64,000 nucleotides of DNA from contig NZ_JAUSUJ010000023.1 of assembly GCF_030813915.1 (NCBI RefSeq), positions 46,823 to 110,822 on the forward strand, given 5' to 3'. The notes below the pieces were generated by a model that did not search any database, was not told the DNA's origin, and saw only the letters and a program-made list of their open reading frames with translations. The position numbers were made by a program, and so were the translations under genes. Below, one piece after another: positions 33,464 through 43,591 of this stretch. Position 1 is the stretch's first letter. Each line of letters begins with the position of its first letter. Source of the stretch: Rhodoplanes tepidamans. GTDB lineage: Bacteria; Pseudomonadota; Alphaproteobacteria; Rhizobiales; Xanthobacteraceae.

Positions 33464-34711
33464 CTACTCGGCCGGGGCCGCGTCCGGCGGCACCATCACG
33501 CGCGGTGCCGACACGGTGACGATCGCGACGAGGCCGAGCACGGCGGCGAGGAACAGCCCGGACACCGCGACGAGCCCGATCAGCACGAGGTCGAAGCCGC
33601 CGCGCGCGTGCAGCCAGGCGATCACCGGCACGGCGACGCCGGCCGAGGCGAAGGACAGGAAGTAGCGCACCGCGTAGACGCGGCCGCGCCAGGCGTCCGC
33701 AGTGTAGCGGGCGATCACCATGTCGCCGACCGTCACCTGCCCGTACAGCGCCGCCATCACCACGGCGAGCGCCGCGATCAGCATCATGCCGTCGGCCCGC
33801 ACCGACCAGGCGGCACCGGCGAACAGGAGGCCGACCACCACGGCGAACAGGAGATGCGGCGCGACCCGCTCGGCGATGCGCCCGACCACGAGCTGGGCGA
33901 CGGCGCCGCACAGGAACACGATGCTGGCGAGCCCGCCCACCGCGGCGAGGCCGACGCCGCCGCCGAGCCGCTCGTCGACGATCTTGGGCAGCGCCACCAC
34001 GATGGTGTTGAAGGTGAGCCCGCCGCAGAACGAGATGATGGTGTAGAGGCCGAAGAAGGCGATCGCGGCGCGGCGCGGCAGCACGATGTCGGCGACCCGC
34101 GTGCGGCTGCCGGTCTCGTGGCGGTCGTCGGCCACCATGGCCAGATAGGCGACGCCGAGCGCGAGGCACACCACGGCCGGCACCAGGAAGGCCCCGCGCC
34201 AGCCGAGGACCGACGAGGCCAGCACCGCGGTGACGCCGGAGGCGAGCGACACGCCGAGATTGCCGCACACGCCGTTGAAGGCCAGCGTGCGGCCGCGCGC
34301 GCCCGAGGCCTGGATCAGCATCGCCATCCCGACCGGGTGGTAGATGGCGGCGAACATGCCGAGCAGGAACAGCGCGACCGCCAGCATCGTCAGCGTCGGC
34401 GCCACCGCGCAGCCGGCCAGCGACAGCCCGCAGCCGATGAAGAACGCCGCCATCATGGCGCGGCGGCTGAGGCGGTCGGCGAGCCAGCCGGCCGGCAGCG
34501 AGAACAGGCCGAAGGCGACGAACATCGCGGTGGAGAGGACGATCAGCTCCGAATAGGAGCGCTGGTAGACGGCCTCGAGCCCGATCACCACGGTCGGATA
34601 GATGCCGAGCACGAAATGGTCGATGCCGTGCGCCACGTTGAGGAAGGCGATCGAGCGCCGCGTCTGCTGCGCCGTCTGGGTCGCGCCGTCGCGCCGCTCG
34701 GTCGGGGGCAT
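33464..34711 (-). CDS. MFS transporter
   Basis: 415 aa, 12 predicted TM segments, MFS signature GWLADRLSRR. Confidence 0.85.
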   Translation of the reverse strand: MPPTERRDGATQTAQQTRRSIAFLNVAHGIDHFVLGIYPTVVIGLEAVYQRSYSELIVLSTAMFVAFGLFSLPAGWLADRLSRRAMMAAFFIGCGLSLAGCAVAPTLTMLAVALFLLGMFAAIYHPVGMAMLIQASGARGRTLAFNGVCGNLGVSLASGVTAVLASSVLGWRGAFLVPAVVCLALGVAYLAMVADDRHETGSRTRVADIVLPRRAAIAFFGLYTIISFCGGLTFNTIVVALPKIVDERLGGGVGLAAVGGLASIVFLCGAVAQLVVGRIAERVAPHLLFAVVVGLLFAGAAWSVRADGMMLIAALAVVMAALYGQVTVGDMVIARYTADAWRGRVYAVRYFLSFASAGVAVPVIAWLHARGGFDLVLIGLVAVSGLFLAAVLGLVAIVTVSAPRVMVPPDAAPAE

Positions 34712-34787
34712 GTCGAAAGTCCTGTGGCGGGGGAGAGCCGCCGATCCTAGCACGGCCGCGGCGCCGCGCCACAGCACCGCCGCGCCT

Positions 34788-35438
34788 CTAGGCCGGCCCG
34801 TCCGGGGCGGGCTCGCCGGTGCCGCCGGCCAGCGTCAGCATGCGGGCGAGGTCGGCGCCCGTGGTCGCGGCCATCTTCTCCATCGCGTTGTGGCGGTGGA
34901 TCTCCACCGTCTTCAGGCTGATGCCGAGCGCGTGGGCGATCGCCTTGTTCTGCTTGCCGGCGGCGACCAGGCCGGCGACCTCGCGCTCGCGCGCCGTCAG
35001 CCGGTCGAGCCGCGCCCGGATGGCGCCGATCTCGCGCGCCGCGGCGAGCCGCGTCCCGGCGAGCCGCAACGCCTGGTGGATGCGCTCGATCAGCACCTGG
35101 TTGTTGAGCGGCTTCTCGATGAAGTCGAGCGCGCCGGTGCGCATCGCCCGCACCGCCATCGGCACGTCGCCGTGGCCCGTGATGATCACCACCGGCATCA
35201 CGGCGCCGCGCCGCACCAGCTCCTCGTGCAGCTCGAGCCCGCTCATGCCGGGCATCCGCACGTCGGCGACCAGGCAGGCGACGCGGTCGGGATCGTGGCC
35301 GGCCAGGAACGCCGCGGCCGACGGGAACGTCTCGACGGCGAGCCCGAGCGGCTCCAGCAGGAACACCAGCGAGTCCCGCATCGCGTCGTCGTCGTCGACC
35401 ACGTAGACCACCGGCGCCTTCGCCTCGCCCGCGCTCAT
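34788..35438 (-). CDS. FixJ/NarL-type response regulator (REC plus LuxR HTH)
   Basis: VYVVDDDDAMRDSL...DVRMPGMSGLEL; HTH LTAREREVAGLVAAGKQNKAIAHALGISLKTVEIHR. Confidence 0.85.
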   Translation of the reverse strand: MSAGEAKAPVVYVVDDDDAMRDSLVFLLEPLGLAVETFPSAAAFLAGHDPDRVACLVADVRMPGMSGLELHEELVRRGAVMPVVIITGHGDVPMAVRAMRTGALDFIEKPLNNQVLIERIHQALRLAGTRLAAAREIGAIRARLDRLTAREREVAGLVAAGKQNKAIAHALGISLKTVEIHRHNAMEKMAATTGADLARMLTLAGGTGEPAPDGPA

Positions 35439-37300
35439 GCGGCCTCCCCCGCCTCGTCGCCGCATCGCGCGACGCCCGCTTCGCCGGGCGCCGCCGGCAG
35501 CCACAGCCGCATCACGGTGCCGCCGCCCGGATTGTCGACCGCCTGCAGGCGGCCGCGATGCTCCTCGACGATCGAGTGGCACAGCGCCAGCCCGAGGCCG
35601 AGGCCGGCCGGCTTGGTGGTGAAGAACGGCTCGAACAGCCGCGCCTTCACCTCCTCCGACATCCCCTCGCCGCGATCGGCGACGGCGACGCAGGCGCCGC
35701 CCTCGCAGGCGAGCGTCTCGACCCGCACCGGCCACGGCCCCGCCCCGCGTCCCACCGACGCGTCGGCCGCGTTCTGCAGGAGATTGAGGATCACCTGCTG
35801 GAGCTGGATGCGGTCGCCGCACACCGGCGGGAGCGCGCCGGCGAGCGCCGTCTCGATCGTCACGCCGGCCCGGCGGCCCGGGCCTTCGAAGAACTCCAGC
35901 GCCTCGGTCACCACCTCGTCGAGGTCGACCGGCGCGTGCACGGGCTCGCGCTTGCGCACGAAGGCGCGCATGCGCTGGATCACCTGGGCGGCGCGCTCCG
36001 CCTGCTGGCGGATCAGCTTCGTCGCGTGGACCAGCGCGCCGGTGTCGACCGGGGTCGTGCGCAGCCGCAGCTCGCATCCGTCGGCGTAGTTGGCGATGGC
36101 GGCGAGCGGCTGGTTCAGCTCGTGCGCCATGCCGCCCGCCATCTCGCCCAGGATCGACAGGCGCGCCGCGTGGTCGAGCTCCTTGCGGTGCAGCGCCTCC
36201 TGCTCCTCGACGCGACGGCGATGCTCGATCTCGCGGACGAGATCGGCGTTCACGGTGGCGAGCTCGGCGGTGCGCCGGCGCACCAGCCGCTCGACCCGCA
36301 GCGCGTGCACGGCCCAGGCGCCGAGCGCGATGCCGGCGAGCGCCAGCACCTGCCAGTAGCGCGCCAGCAGCTCGCGCGCGGTGATGTGGCGGAGCGACTC
36401 GTAGGGGCCGATCTTCAGATCCCGGAAGGCGTCGTGGACCGGCTGGTAGTCGAGCGGCACGGTCCAGCCGGGCACGCCCGGCGGCGGCTGATAGGTCAGT
36501 AGCGCGGTGGCGACCCGCTTCGCCGCGACCGCCGGGGTCGTGCGCAGCTTGGCGATCGGCCAGTCCGGATAGACGCGGCTCGACACCGCGCAGGTCGTTC
36601 CGGGGCTGTCGCGCGGCGCCAGCACCCGCAGGGCGCCGGCCGCGAAGGCGCCCTCGGCCTCCTGCTGCTCCAGCAGGCAGCCGCGCAGGATCCCGGCGTC
36701 GACCCGGTTCGACAGCACCGCGTCGATCACCCGGGTCATCGGGAAGCCGACCGTGTCGAGGCCGGCGAGGTCGCGGAACGGATCGAAGCCGGCGGCGGCG
36801 AGCTCGCGCCATGCCGCCTGGAACCCGCCGAAGGCGGTCGTCCCGACGATCGCCACCCGCTTGCCGGCGAGATCGGCGAGCGTGTTCAGGTCGCTGCGCT
36901 CGCGCCGCACCATGATCGCCGAGGCGACCGGCATGCCGGAGTCGAGCGTCGCGATGCGCGACACCCCGTGCGCGACCTCCAGCTCGACATAGTGGCCCGG
37001 ATTGGTGATCACGTAGTCGACGGCGCCCTCCGCCACGGCGCGGTCGAGCCCGGCATGGTCGTGCGGCACCAGCACCACGGTGCTGCCCGGCAGCCCCGCC
37101 TCGATGGCGCGCGCCGTCGGGCCCCAGTCCTCGAAGCTCTGCTCGGCCCCCAGGAAGGCGAGCACGCCGATGCGGATCGTCTCGGCGCGCGCGATGCCGG
37201 CCGGCAGCCCCGCGAGGGCGCCGAGCAGGAGGAGAAGGCCGAAGCGGAACGGACGCCCGCGGCCGCCGAACGGTCGCGGGGCACGGCGGACCAGGCGCAT
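35435..37300 (-). CDS. Sensor histidine kinase with a periplasmic PhnD/SsuA-like solute-binding-fold sensor domain
   Basis: Signal/TM then IRIGVLAFLG...ITNPGHYVELE...VAIVGTTAFGG; MAHELNQPL H-box; 4-nt overlap with the response regulator start. Confidence 0.8.
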   Translation of the reverse strand: MRLVRRAPRPFGGRGRPFRFGLLLLLGALAGLPAGIARAETIRIGVLAFLGAEQSFEDWGPTARAIEAGLPGSTVVLVPHDHAGLDRAVAEGAVDYVITNPGHYVELEVAHGVSRIATLDSGMPVASAIMVRRERSDLNTLADLAGKRVAIVGTTAFGGFQAAWRELAAAGFDPFRDLAGLDTVGFPMTRVIDAVLSNRVDAGILRGCLLEQQEAEGAFAAGALRVLAPRDSPGTTCAVSSRVYPDWPIAKLRTTPAVAAKRVATALLTYQPPPGVPGWTVPLDYQPVHDAFRDLKIGPYESLRHITARELLARYWQVLALAGIALGAWAVHALRVERLVRRRTAELATVNADLVREIEHRRRVEEQEALHRKELDHAARLSILGEMAGGMAHELNQPLAAIANYADGCELRLRTTPVDTGALVHATKLIRQQAERAAQVIQRMRAFVRKREPVHAPVDLDEVVTEALEFFEGPGRRAGVTIETALAGALPPVCGDRIQLQQVILNLLQNAADASVGRGAGPWPVRVETLACEGGACVAVADRGEGMSEEVKARLFEPFFTTKPAGLGLGLALCHSIVEEHRGRLQAVDNPGGGTVMRLWLPAAPGEAGVARCGDEAGEAA

Positions 37301-37595
37301 GGCCGCAGATGTGACCGGACTCGCCGGGGTTTTCAATCCGCTGAAATGCGGCGCCGCGGCCGGGCGGACGGCGGTGCGGCGGCGCACGGCCGACCGCGGC
37401 GACCCGGGTGTGGCCCCGCCGCTACGGCCTGTCCCGCGTCGCACGAATTAAGCAATTCTTCATAATCGTGTCACCGCGCCCCGACTACGTTCGGCGCGCG
37501 AGACGCCGGCGGGCGACACGCGGGGCGCATGCCGGGGGCCTCCTCCACGCGCGCGGACGGGTTTGCAGGGCGCGCGCCGGCGCGCGGGAGTGCAT

Positions 37596-39674
37596 ATGCG
37601 ATCGTTCGGGTTTCGTCGCGTCGCCGGCGTGTCAGCCGTGCTCCCCGTCGTGCTCGCCGTCGGCTGCAGCGACCGGGCGGCGGCCCAGTATGTCGACCTC
37701 CCCGCCCTCGAGGTGGTCGATTCCGAGGCGAAGGCGCGCGCCTCGGCGCCGGCCGCCGCCGCCAGCGAGCTGACCATCTCGGGCGAGGAGATGCGCGACA
37801 TCCCGGCCGCCCGGGTCGGCGAGATGCTGGAGGTGGTGCCCGGCCTCGTCGTCACCCAGCACTCCGGCGAGGGCAAGGCCAACCAGTACTTCCTGCGCGG
37901 CTACAACCTGGACCACGGCACCGACCTCGCCATCTGGGTCGACGGCATGCCGGTCAACATGCGCACCCACGGCCACGGCCAGGGCTACGCCGACATCAAC
38001 TTCCTGCTGCCCGAGCTCGTCCAGTCGCTGCACGTGCGCAAGGGCCCCTACTACGCCGACGAGGGCGACTTCTCCTCGGCCGGCGCCGTGCACATCGACT
38101 ATCTGCGCGACGTGCCGAAGAACATGGTCGAGGGTACGCTCGGCATGTTCGGCTACGGCCGCGGCGTCGCCGTGCTGTCGACCAAGACCGACACCGGCGC
38201 CACCCTGATCGCCGCCGGCGAGGGCATCACCTACGACGGCCCGTGGGACGTGCCGGACCGGGTCCGCAAGCTCAACGGCGTCGTCCGCTGGGTCGACGGC
38301 ACCGCCGACAACGGCTTCTCGCTCACCGGCATGGCCTATCGCAACCGCTGGACCTCGACCGATCAGGTGGCGCAGCGGGCGATCGACCAGGGCATCATCA
38401 GCCGCTGGGGCTCGCTCGACCCGACCGACGGCGGCGAGGCGAGCCGCTACAGCGTGTCGGGCCGCTGGGCCCGCTCCGACCAGCAGGGCACCACCCGGAT
38501 CGACGCCTTCGCCATCAACTCCAGCCTGACCCTCTACAACAACTTCACCTACTTCCTCGACGACCCGGTCAACGGCGACCAGTTCAGCCAGACCGACCGG
38601 CGCACCGTGCTCGGCGTCAACGCCAGCCACGCCTTCAAGTCCAACCTCCTCGACCGGCCGACCGTCACCCGCGTCGGCGTGCAGACCCGCTACGACGACA
38701 TCGCCATCGGCCTGCTGAAGACGGCGCAGCGGCAGTACCTCTCGACCACCCGGGCCGACAGCGTCACCGAGGGCAGCGTCGGCCTGTGGGCCGACCATTC
38801 GGTGCAGTGGACCGACTGGCTGCGCACCACCGTGGGCATCCGCCGCGACTGGTTCTCCGGGACGGTCGACAGCGACACGCCGCTGAACTCCGGCGACGCG
38901 TCGGACGCCATCACCAGCCCGAAGGCCGGGCTGGTGCTCGGCCCGTGGTTCAGGACCGAGTTCTTCCTGAATGCCGGCTACGGCTTCCACTCCAACGACA
39001 TCCGCGGCGCCACCATCACGGTCGATCCGCTCGACAAGACGACGCCGGTCGACCGCGTGCCGCTGCTGGTGCGCACCAGGGGCGCCGAGGTCGGCATGCG
39101 CAACAAGTCGATCGACGGCCTCACCACGTCGGTCGCCGTGTTCGTGCTCGACCAGGACTCCGAGCTGCTGTTCGTCGGCGACGCCGGCACCACCGAGGCG
39201 AGCCGCCCGAGCCGCCGCGTCGGCGTCGAGTGGACCAACGACTACCGGATCAATCGCTGGCTGAGCGTCGACCTCGACCTCGCCTACACGCATGCCCGTT
39301 TCACCGACGACGACCCGGCCGGCGCCTCCATCCCCGGCGCGCCCGCCTGGGTCGGGTCGCTCGCCGTCAATCTCGGCACCGAGACCGGCTGGTTCGGCTC
39401 GCTGAAGGCGCGCTATTTCGGCCCGCGGCCGCTGATCGAGGACGACAGCGTGCGGTCGCTGTCGTCCTTCCTGGTCAACGCCCGGCTCGGCTACCGCTTC
39501 GACAACGGGGTCAAGGTGCAGCTCGACGCCTACAACCTGTTCAACACCAAGACCAACCAGATCGAGTACTATTACGAGTCCCGGCTCGCCGGCGAGACCG
39601 AGGCCGTCTACGACCGCCACGTCCACGCGGTCGAGCCCCTCGCCGTCCGCCTGTCGCTCGCCAAGAGCTGGTGA
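37596..39674 (+). CDS. TonB-dependent outer membrane receptor
   Basis: GGGAG Shine-Dalgarno upstream; signal peptide; plug motifs; 692 aa ending in aromatic W. Confidence 0.85.
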   Translation: MRSFGFRRVAGVSAVLPVVLAVGCSDRAAAQYVDLPALEVVDSEAKARASAPAAAASELTISGEEMRDIPAARVGEMLEVVPGLVVTQHSGEGKANQYFLRGYNLDHGTDLAIWVDGMPVNMRTHGHGQGYADINFLLPELVQSLHVRKGPYYADEGDFSSAGAVHIDYLRDVPKNMVEGTLGMFGYGRGVAVLSTKTDTGATLIAAGEGITYDGPWDVPDRVRKLNGVVRWVDGTADNGFSLTGMAYRNRWTSTDQVAQRAIDQGIISRWGSLDPTDGGEASRYSVSGRWARSDQQGTTRIDAFAINSSLTLYNNFTYFLDDPVNGDQFSQTDRRTVLGVNASHAFKSNLLDRPTVTRVGVQTRYDDIAIGLLKTAQRQYLSTTRADSVTEGSVGLWADHSVQWTDWLRTTVGIRRDWFSGTVDSDTPLNSGDASDAITSPKAGLVLGPWFRTEFFLNAGYGFHSNDIRGATITVDPLDKTTPVDRVPLLVRTRGAEVGMRNKSIDGLTTSVAVFVLDQDSELLFVGDAGTTEASRPSRRVGVEWTNDYRINRWLSVDLDLAYTHARFTDDDPAGASIPGAPAWVGSLAVNLGTETGWFGSLKARYFGPRPLIEDDSVRSLSSFLVNARLGYRFDNGVKVQLDAYNLFNTKTNQIEYYYESRLAGETEAVYDRHVHAVEPLAVRLSLAKSW

Positions 39675-39751
39675 GCGGCGGGCGTCGTCGTCGGGCGCGA
39701 CCCGACCGGCCGCGCAAGAGGATCGAAACCGGTCCGATCACCCGGCGATCA

Positions 39752-40276
39752 TCACCACCGCATGGGCGTCGGCGGTGCCGGCACCCAGGCGGTCGCCATC
39801 GCCTGGGCGAGGGCGCGCTGCGACTCGCTCATCTTGGTGGCGACCGCGTCGCGGATGCGGATGTAGGCGTCGCGGTCCCGCCGGCCGGCGCGCGCCGCGG
39901 CGAGAATCAGCCACTTGTGCGACAGCACCACGTCGCGCGGCACGCCGCGGCCCTTGTCGTACAGGAGCCCGAGCAGATGCTGCGCGGTGGCCTCGCCCTG
40001 CTCCGCCGCGCAGGTGTACAGCATCGCCGCGATCTCGAAGTTCTGCGGCACGCCGCGGCCGTACTCGTAGAGGAAGCCGAGCAGCCCCTGGGCGCGGGCG
40101 TTGCCGGCCTCGGCGAGCCGCGCCAGCCGGACCGCCGCCGCGGCGTCGTCGCCGCGCGCATGCAGCGCGAAGGCGTCGAGCGCCCGGGCCGGGGCAGCGA
40201 GCCCGGCGCCGAGAACAGCCGCCGCCGAGACGGCGCCCCACAAGGCGTGTCGACGGGTCGTGACGGTCCGGATCAT
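39752..40276 (-). CDS. Sel1-repeat (TPR-like) secreted protein
   Basis: Signal peptide; repeated A.AQ..LG.LY..G.GVP.D motifs. Confidence 0.8.
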   Translation of the reverse strand: MIRTVTTRRHALWGAVSAAAVLGAGLAAPARALDAFALHARGDDAAAAVRLARLAEAGNARAQGLLGFLYEYGRGVPQNFEIAAMLYTCAAEQGEATAQHLLGLLYDKGRGVPRDVVLSHKWLILAAARAGRRDRDAYIRIRDAVATKMSESQRALAQAMATAWVPAPPTPMRW

Positions 40277-40286
40277 CCCGCGTCCC

Positions 40287-40886
40287 TCAGCCTTCGAAGA
40301 GCCAGCGCTGCACGATCCAGGCGATCCAGATCGCCGGCGCGAAGAACAGGCCGAACGGCAGCCGCGCCGTCGCGCGCATCGGGCCGCCGGAGCGGAGCTG
40401 ACGCACCCCGTAGGCGGCGAGGCCCGCCAGCGCGGCGATCTCGACCGCCACCGGGATCGCCGGCACGTCGAGCCAGACGCCGGCCATGGCCGCGAGCTTG
40501 ACGTCGCCGAGCCCGAGGCCGTCGCGGCCGCGCAGTCGGCGGTAGCCGATCCGCAGCAGCAGGAAGACGAGCGCCAGCGCGGCGCCGCGCAGCAGCGCCG
40601 CCGTCAGCGCGTCGACGGGCCATGGATCGGTCGTCCAGACATACAGGAGGCCGAGCACGAGGCCGGTCGCGGACAGCGCATCCGGGATGACGAAGCGCCG
40701 CGCGTCGATCGCCGCGATCGCGACCGCCACTGCGGCCAAGCCCGCCGCCAGCAGGCCGCCGGGGCCGGGCTCGATCCACAGGCTCGCCGCCGCCCCGCAC
40801 GTCCCGGCCGCCACCGCCGGCACGACGGCGCCGTCGCGGAGATCGCCGCCGATCGTCGCCAGGGCGTTGCGCAGCGCGGCCGGCAT
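40287..40886 (-). CDS. gspO: A24-family prepilin peptidase (GspO/CpaA-like)
   Basis: 199 aa polytopic; catalytic-Asp context IDARRFVIPD and GLGDVKL; 11 bp downstream of gspD. Confidence 0.7.
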   Translation of the reverse strand: MPAALRNALATIGGDLRDGAVVPAVAAGTCGAAASLWIEPGPGGLLAAGLAAVAVAIAAIDARRFVIPDALSATGLVLGLLYVWTTDPWPVDALTAALLRGAALALVFLLLRIGYRRLRGRDGLGLGDVKLAAMAGVWLDVPAIPVAVEIAALAGLAAYGVRQLRSGGPMRATARLPFGLFFAPAIWIAWIVQRWLFEG

Positions 40887-40897
40887 CCATCGCCCCG

Positions 40898-43186
40898 TCA
40901 GTTGAAGCGCGGGAACGGGCCGCCCGGCGCCGTGCCGATGTTGCCGCGCAGCTTGGCGCGCAGCTCCTCGGCGACCACGTGGGCATCGGAGCCGTCGCGG
41001 ATGATCTGCGGCCGGATGAAGATGATCAGCTCGGTGCGGCTGACGCTCTTGTCGGTGTGGGAGAACGCCTCGCCGAGCACCGGCACCTTGTCGAGCACCG
41101 GGATGCCGGACCGCGTGCCGTTGCGCTTCTCGCTGATCAGGCCGGCGAGCAGCACGGTCTGGCCGCTCGCCACCGCGATCGTGCTCTTGACCTTGCGCTG
41201 CGACACGGTCGGATTGGTCGAGGTCGAGCTGGAGCTGCTGCTCGACGTGGTGGTCGTCGAATCGGAGACGTTGCTGATCTCCTGCTCGATCTCGAGCCGG
41301 ACATTGCCGTTGGCGTTCACCCGCGGCACCACCCGCAGGATGATGCCGGTGTTCTTGTACTCGTAGGTGTTCACCACGGTGTTGCTGCTGGTCAGCACCG
41401 TGGCGCTGCCGGTGGAGATCGGCACCTCGTCGCCGACCTGCAGGGTGGCGGGCTGGTTGTCGACGACGACCAGCGACGGGTTGGACAGCACCTTGACGTC
41501 GGTGACGGTGTGCAGCGCGTCGAGGATCATGCGCGGGTTGCTCTCCGACCCGATCAGCAGGTTGAAGCCGGGCACGCTGCGGCTGATGAAGGCGTCCGAC
41601 ACGCTGCTCGACAGCGTGTTGAGCACCGAGCCCTTGTCGGAGCCGAGGCCGAGGTCCTTGCTGGTCAGGTAGAACTGCACGCCGTAGCCGAGGGCGTCGT
41701 TGAGCGTGACCTCGGCGACCGTCGCCTCGATCGCCACCTGGAGCAGCGGCTGGTCGAGCTGGGCGACGGTGCGCTCGACGATCCGGTACTGCTCCGGGCT
41801 CGCATAGATCAGCAGCGTGTTGTTCACCGAGTCGGCCGTGATCCGGACGCCCGGCAGCAGCGCCGCGGCCGCCGCACCCGATCCGCCGGACGGCGGCGGA
41901 TCGGCGCTCGCGGCGGAGCGGGCCGCCGCCAGGGCGGACTGCTGCTGGCCGAGCCCCTGCCCGAGCTTCTGCTGCACGCTCTTCGCCTGTGCCGAGCCGG
42001 CGTCCGTGCCGCCGCTGCTGGTCGTCACCGCCACGCCGGAGCCCGGCGCGATCTGGCTCGCCGTCTGGTCGAGCGAGGTCGACGTGCCGCCGACGAAGAT
42101 CTCGTTGAGCACCTTGGCCATCTGCTTGGCGTCGCCGTAGCGCAGGCGGTAGACGCGCACGCCCGTGCTGGTGTCGGCGCGGTCGAGCCGGCCGATCCAG
42201 GTCGCGGCGGTGCGCAGCAGCTCCGGCTTGCGGGCGACCACCATGATGGAGTTCATCCGCGTGATCGGCTGGAGCTTGACCAGGCTGTGGGTCATGCCGC
42301 CCTCGCCGGCGTCCATCACCTTCTCGATCTCGGCGACGATCGGCTCCGGCGTTCCGTTGCGCACCGGATAGATGCCGACCGACTGGCCGCGCATCCAGTC
42401 GGCGTCGAACTTCAGCACCGTGTCGATGGCGGCCCGACGCTCGCTCCCGGTGCCCTGGATCAGCAGGATGTTGCGCCCCGGATCGGCCCGTACCGCGCCG
42501 GTGCGGGTGGCGAAGGAATCGAGCAGCGGCATCAGCGTCTGGGCGGACACGAAACGCAGCGGCACCACCGAGAGCCCGAAGCCCGGCTCGGCGCGGGCGA
42601 GGCCCGCGTCGGTGACGCCGGCGCCGGCGGCCTCCGACAGCGGCACCAGCCGGTAGCCGGAAGGATCGCGGATCAGCGCCACGTTGCTGGTGCGCAGCGC
42701 GTTCTCCAGCACGTAGAGCATGTCGGAGCGGGCGACCGGCCGGCCCGAGGCGAGGCTGATCGTGCCCTGGACGCGCGGGTCGATCGTGTAGCCGGCCCCC
42801 ATGATGTCGCCGAGCACCACCTTGGCCACGGTGGACAGCGGCGTGTTCTCGAAATTCAGCTCGTAGCCCTCGCCGCCCGCGGCGGCCGCCGCCCCCTGCC
42901 CGACCGTGCCGCCCGCGACGGCGCCGGTCGTGTCGCCGCGGCCGCCCGTCGGCGGCGCAGCGCTGCTCGTCTGATACTCGACCGCGCGGCGATCGTCCGG
43001 GAGGGCGCCGGTGGGGCCGACCGGCGCCGGCCGGCGCGGCAGCAGATCGAGCGAGCGAATCTGATCGAGCACGCCCGGCGGGCGGTTGTCGTCGACGAGC
43101 CCGCTGCACGCGCCGAGGCCGACGCAAAGGCCCGCGACACACAGAAGCGCGGCCGCGACGGCTGCTCCGCCCCGATGCGATCGCAT
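40898..43186 (-). CDS. gspD: Type II secretion system secretin GspD
   Basis: 762 aa; lipobox GLGAC; secretin C-domain VPVLGEAFSHTDKSVSRTELIIFIRPQII. Confidence 0.9.
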   Translation of the reverse strand: MRSHRGGAAVAAALLCVAGLCVGLGACSGLVDDNRPPGVLDQIRSLDLLPRRPAPVGPTGALPDDRRAVEYQTSSAAPPTGGRGDTTGAVAGGTVGQGAAAAAGGEGYELNFENTPLSTVAKVVLGDIMGAGYTIDPRVQGTISLASGRPVARSDMLYVLENALRTSNVALIRDPSGYRLVPLSEAAGAGVTDAGLARAEPGFGLSVVPLRFVSAQTLMPLLDSFATRTGAVRADPGRNILLIQGTGSERRAAIDTVLKFDADWMRGQSVGIYPVRNGTPEPIVAEIEKVMDAGEGGMTHSLVKLQPITRMNSIMVVARKPELLRTAATWIGRLDRADTSTGVRVYRLRYGDAKQMAKVLNEIFVGGTSTSLDQTASQIAPGSGVAVTTSSGGTDAGSAQAKSVQQKLGQGLGQQQSALAAARSAASADPPPSGGSGAAAAALLPGVRITADSVNNTLLIYASPEQYRIVERTVAQLDQPLLQVAIEATVAEVTLNDALGYGVQFYLTSKDLGLGSDKGSVLNTLSSSVSDAFISRSVPGFNLLIGSESNPRMILDALHTVTDVKVLSNPSLVVVDNQPATLQVGDEVPISTGSATVLTSSNTVVNTYEYKNTGIILRVVPRVNANGNVRLEIEQEISNVSDSTTTTSSSSSSSTSTNPTVSQRKVKSTIAVASGQTVLLAGLISEKRNGTRSGIPVLDKVPVLGEAFSHTDKSVSRTELIIFIRPQIIRDGSDAHVVAEELRAKLRGNIGTAPGGPFPRFN

Positions 43187-43591
43187 CGTTCCGGCCGGTC
43201 TGTCCACTCACGCCACCCGCTGTCTCTTGTCTCGACCGTCCGGTCGGGCGGACGGTCGCCCGCAGACGCCGATGCGGGATGATCGTTGTTAGCGGTCCCA
43301 TATGACAGATTTATAAGAGCACGCCGGCGGGCGGCAGCGCCTGTGGACTTCCTCCGGTGCGCGAGCCGTCGCGGCGCATTCGTCATCGATCCGACGCAAA
43401 AGCTTCATGCAGCGCGACCAATATGCCGCCCGCTGCGCGTGGCGCCGCCGAGCCGCGGCGCGACGGCATGCGCGACGATCGCCCCGACGCGAGCCTGACC
43501 GGTGTCGTGCCGGCCGGATCGTCGGCACCATCGACAGACCCGGAGACTGCGCGGGCCGGTGATCGCGCCGGACGAGGACGAGGATGCTCCG

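Noticed and set aside
34788-36812. Single 674-aa ORF spanning the response regulator and part of the kinase
   Set aside because: Only the last 216 aa (from MSAGEAK) are a real FixJ-like response regulator. Upstream is out-of-frame reading through the kinase gene, which is encoded in the 35435-37444 frame.
40287-43301. 1004-aa ORF covering gspO and gspD in one frame
   Set aside because: gspD is in the 40898-43207 frame. Only the last 199 aa of this ORF (the prepilin peptidase) are real.
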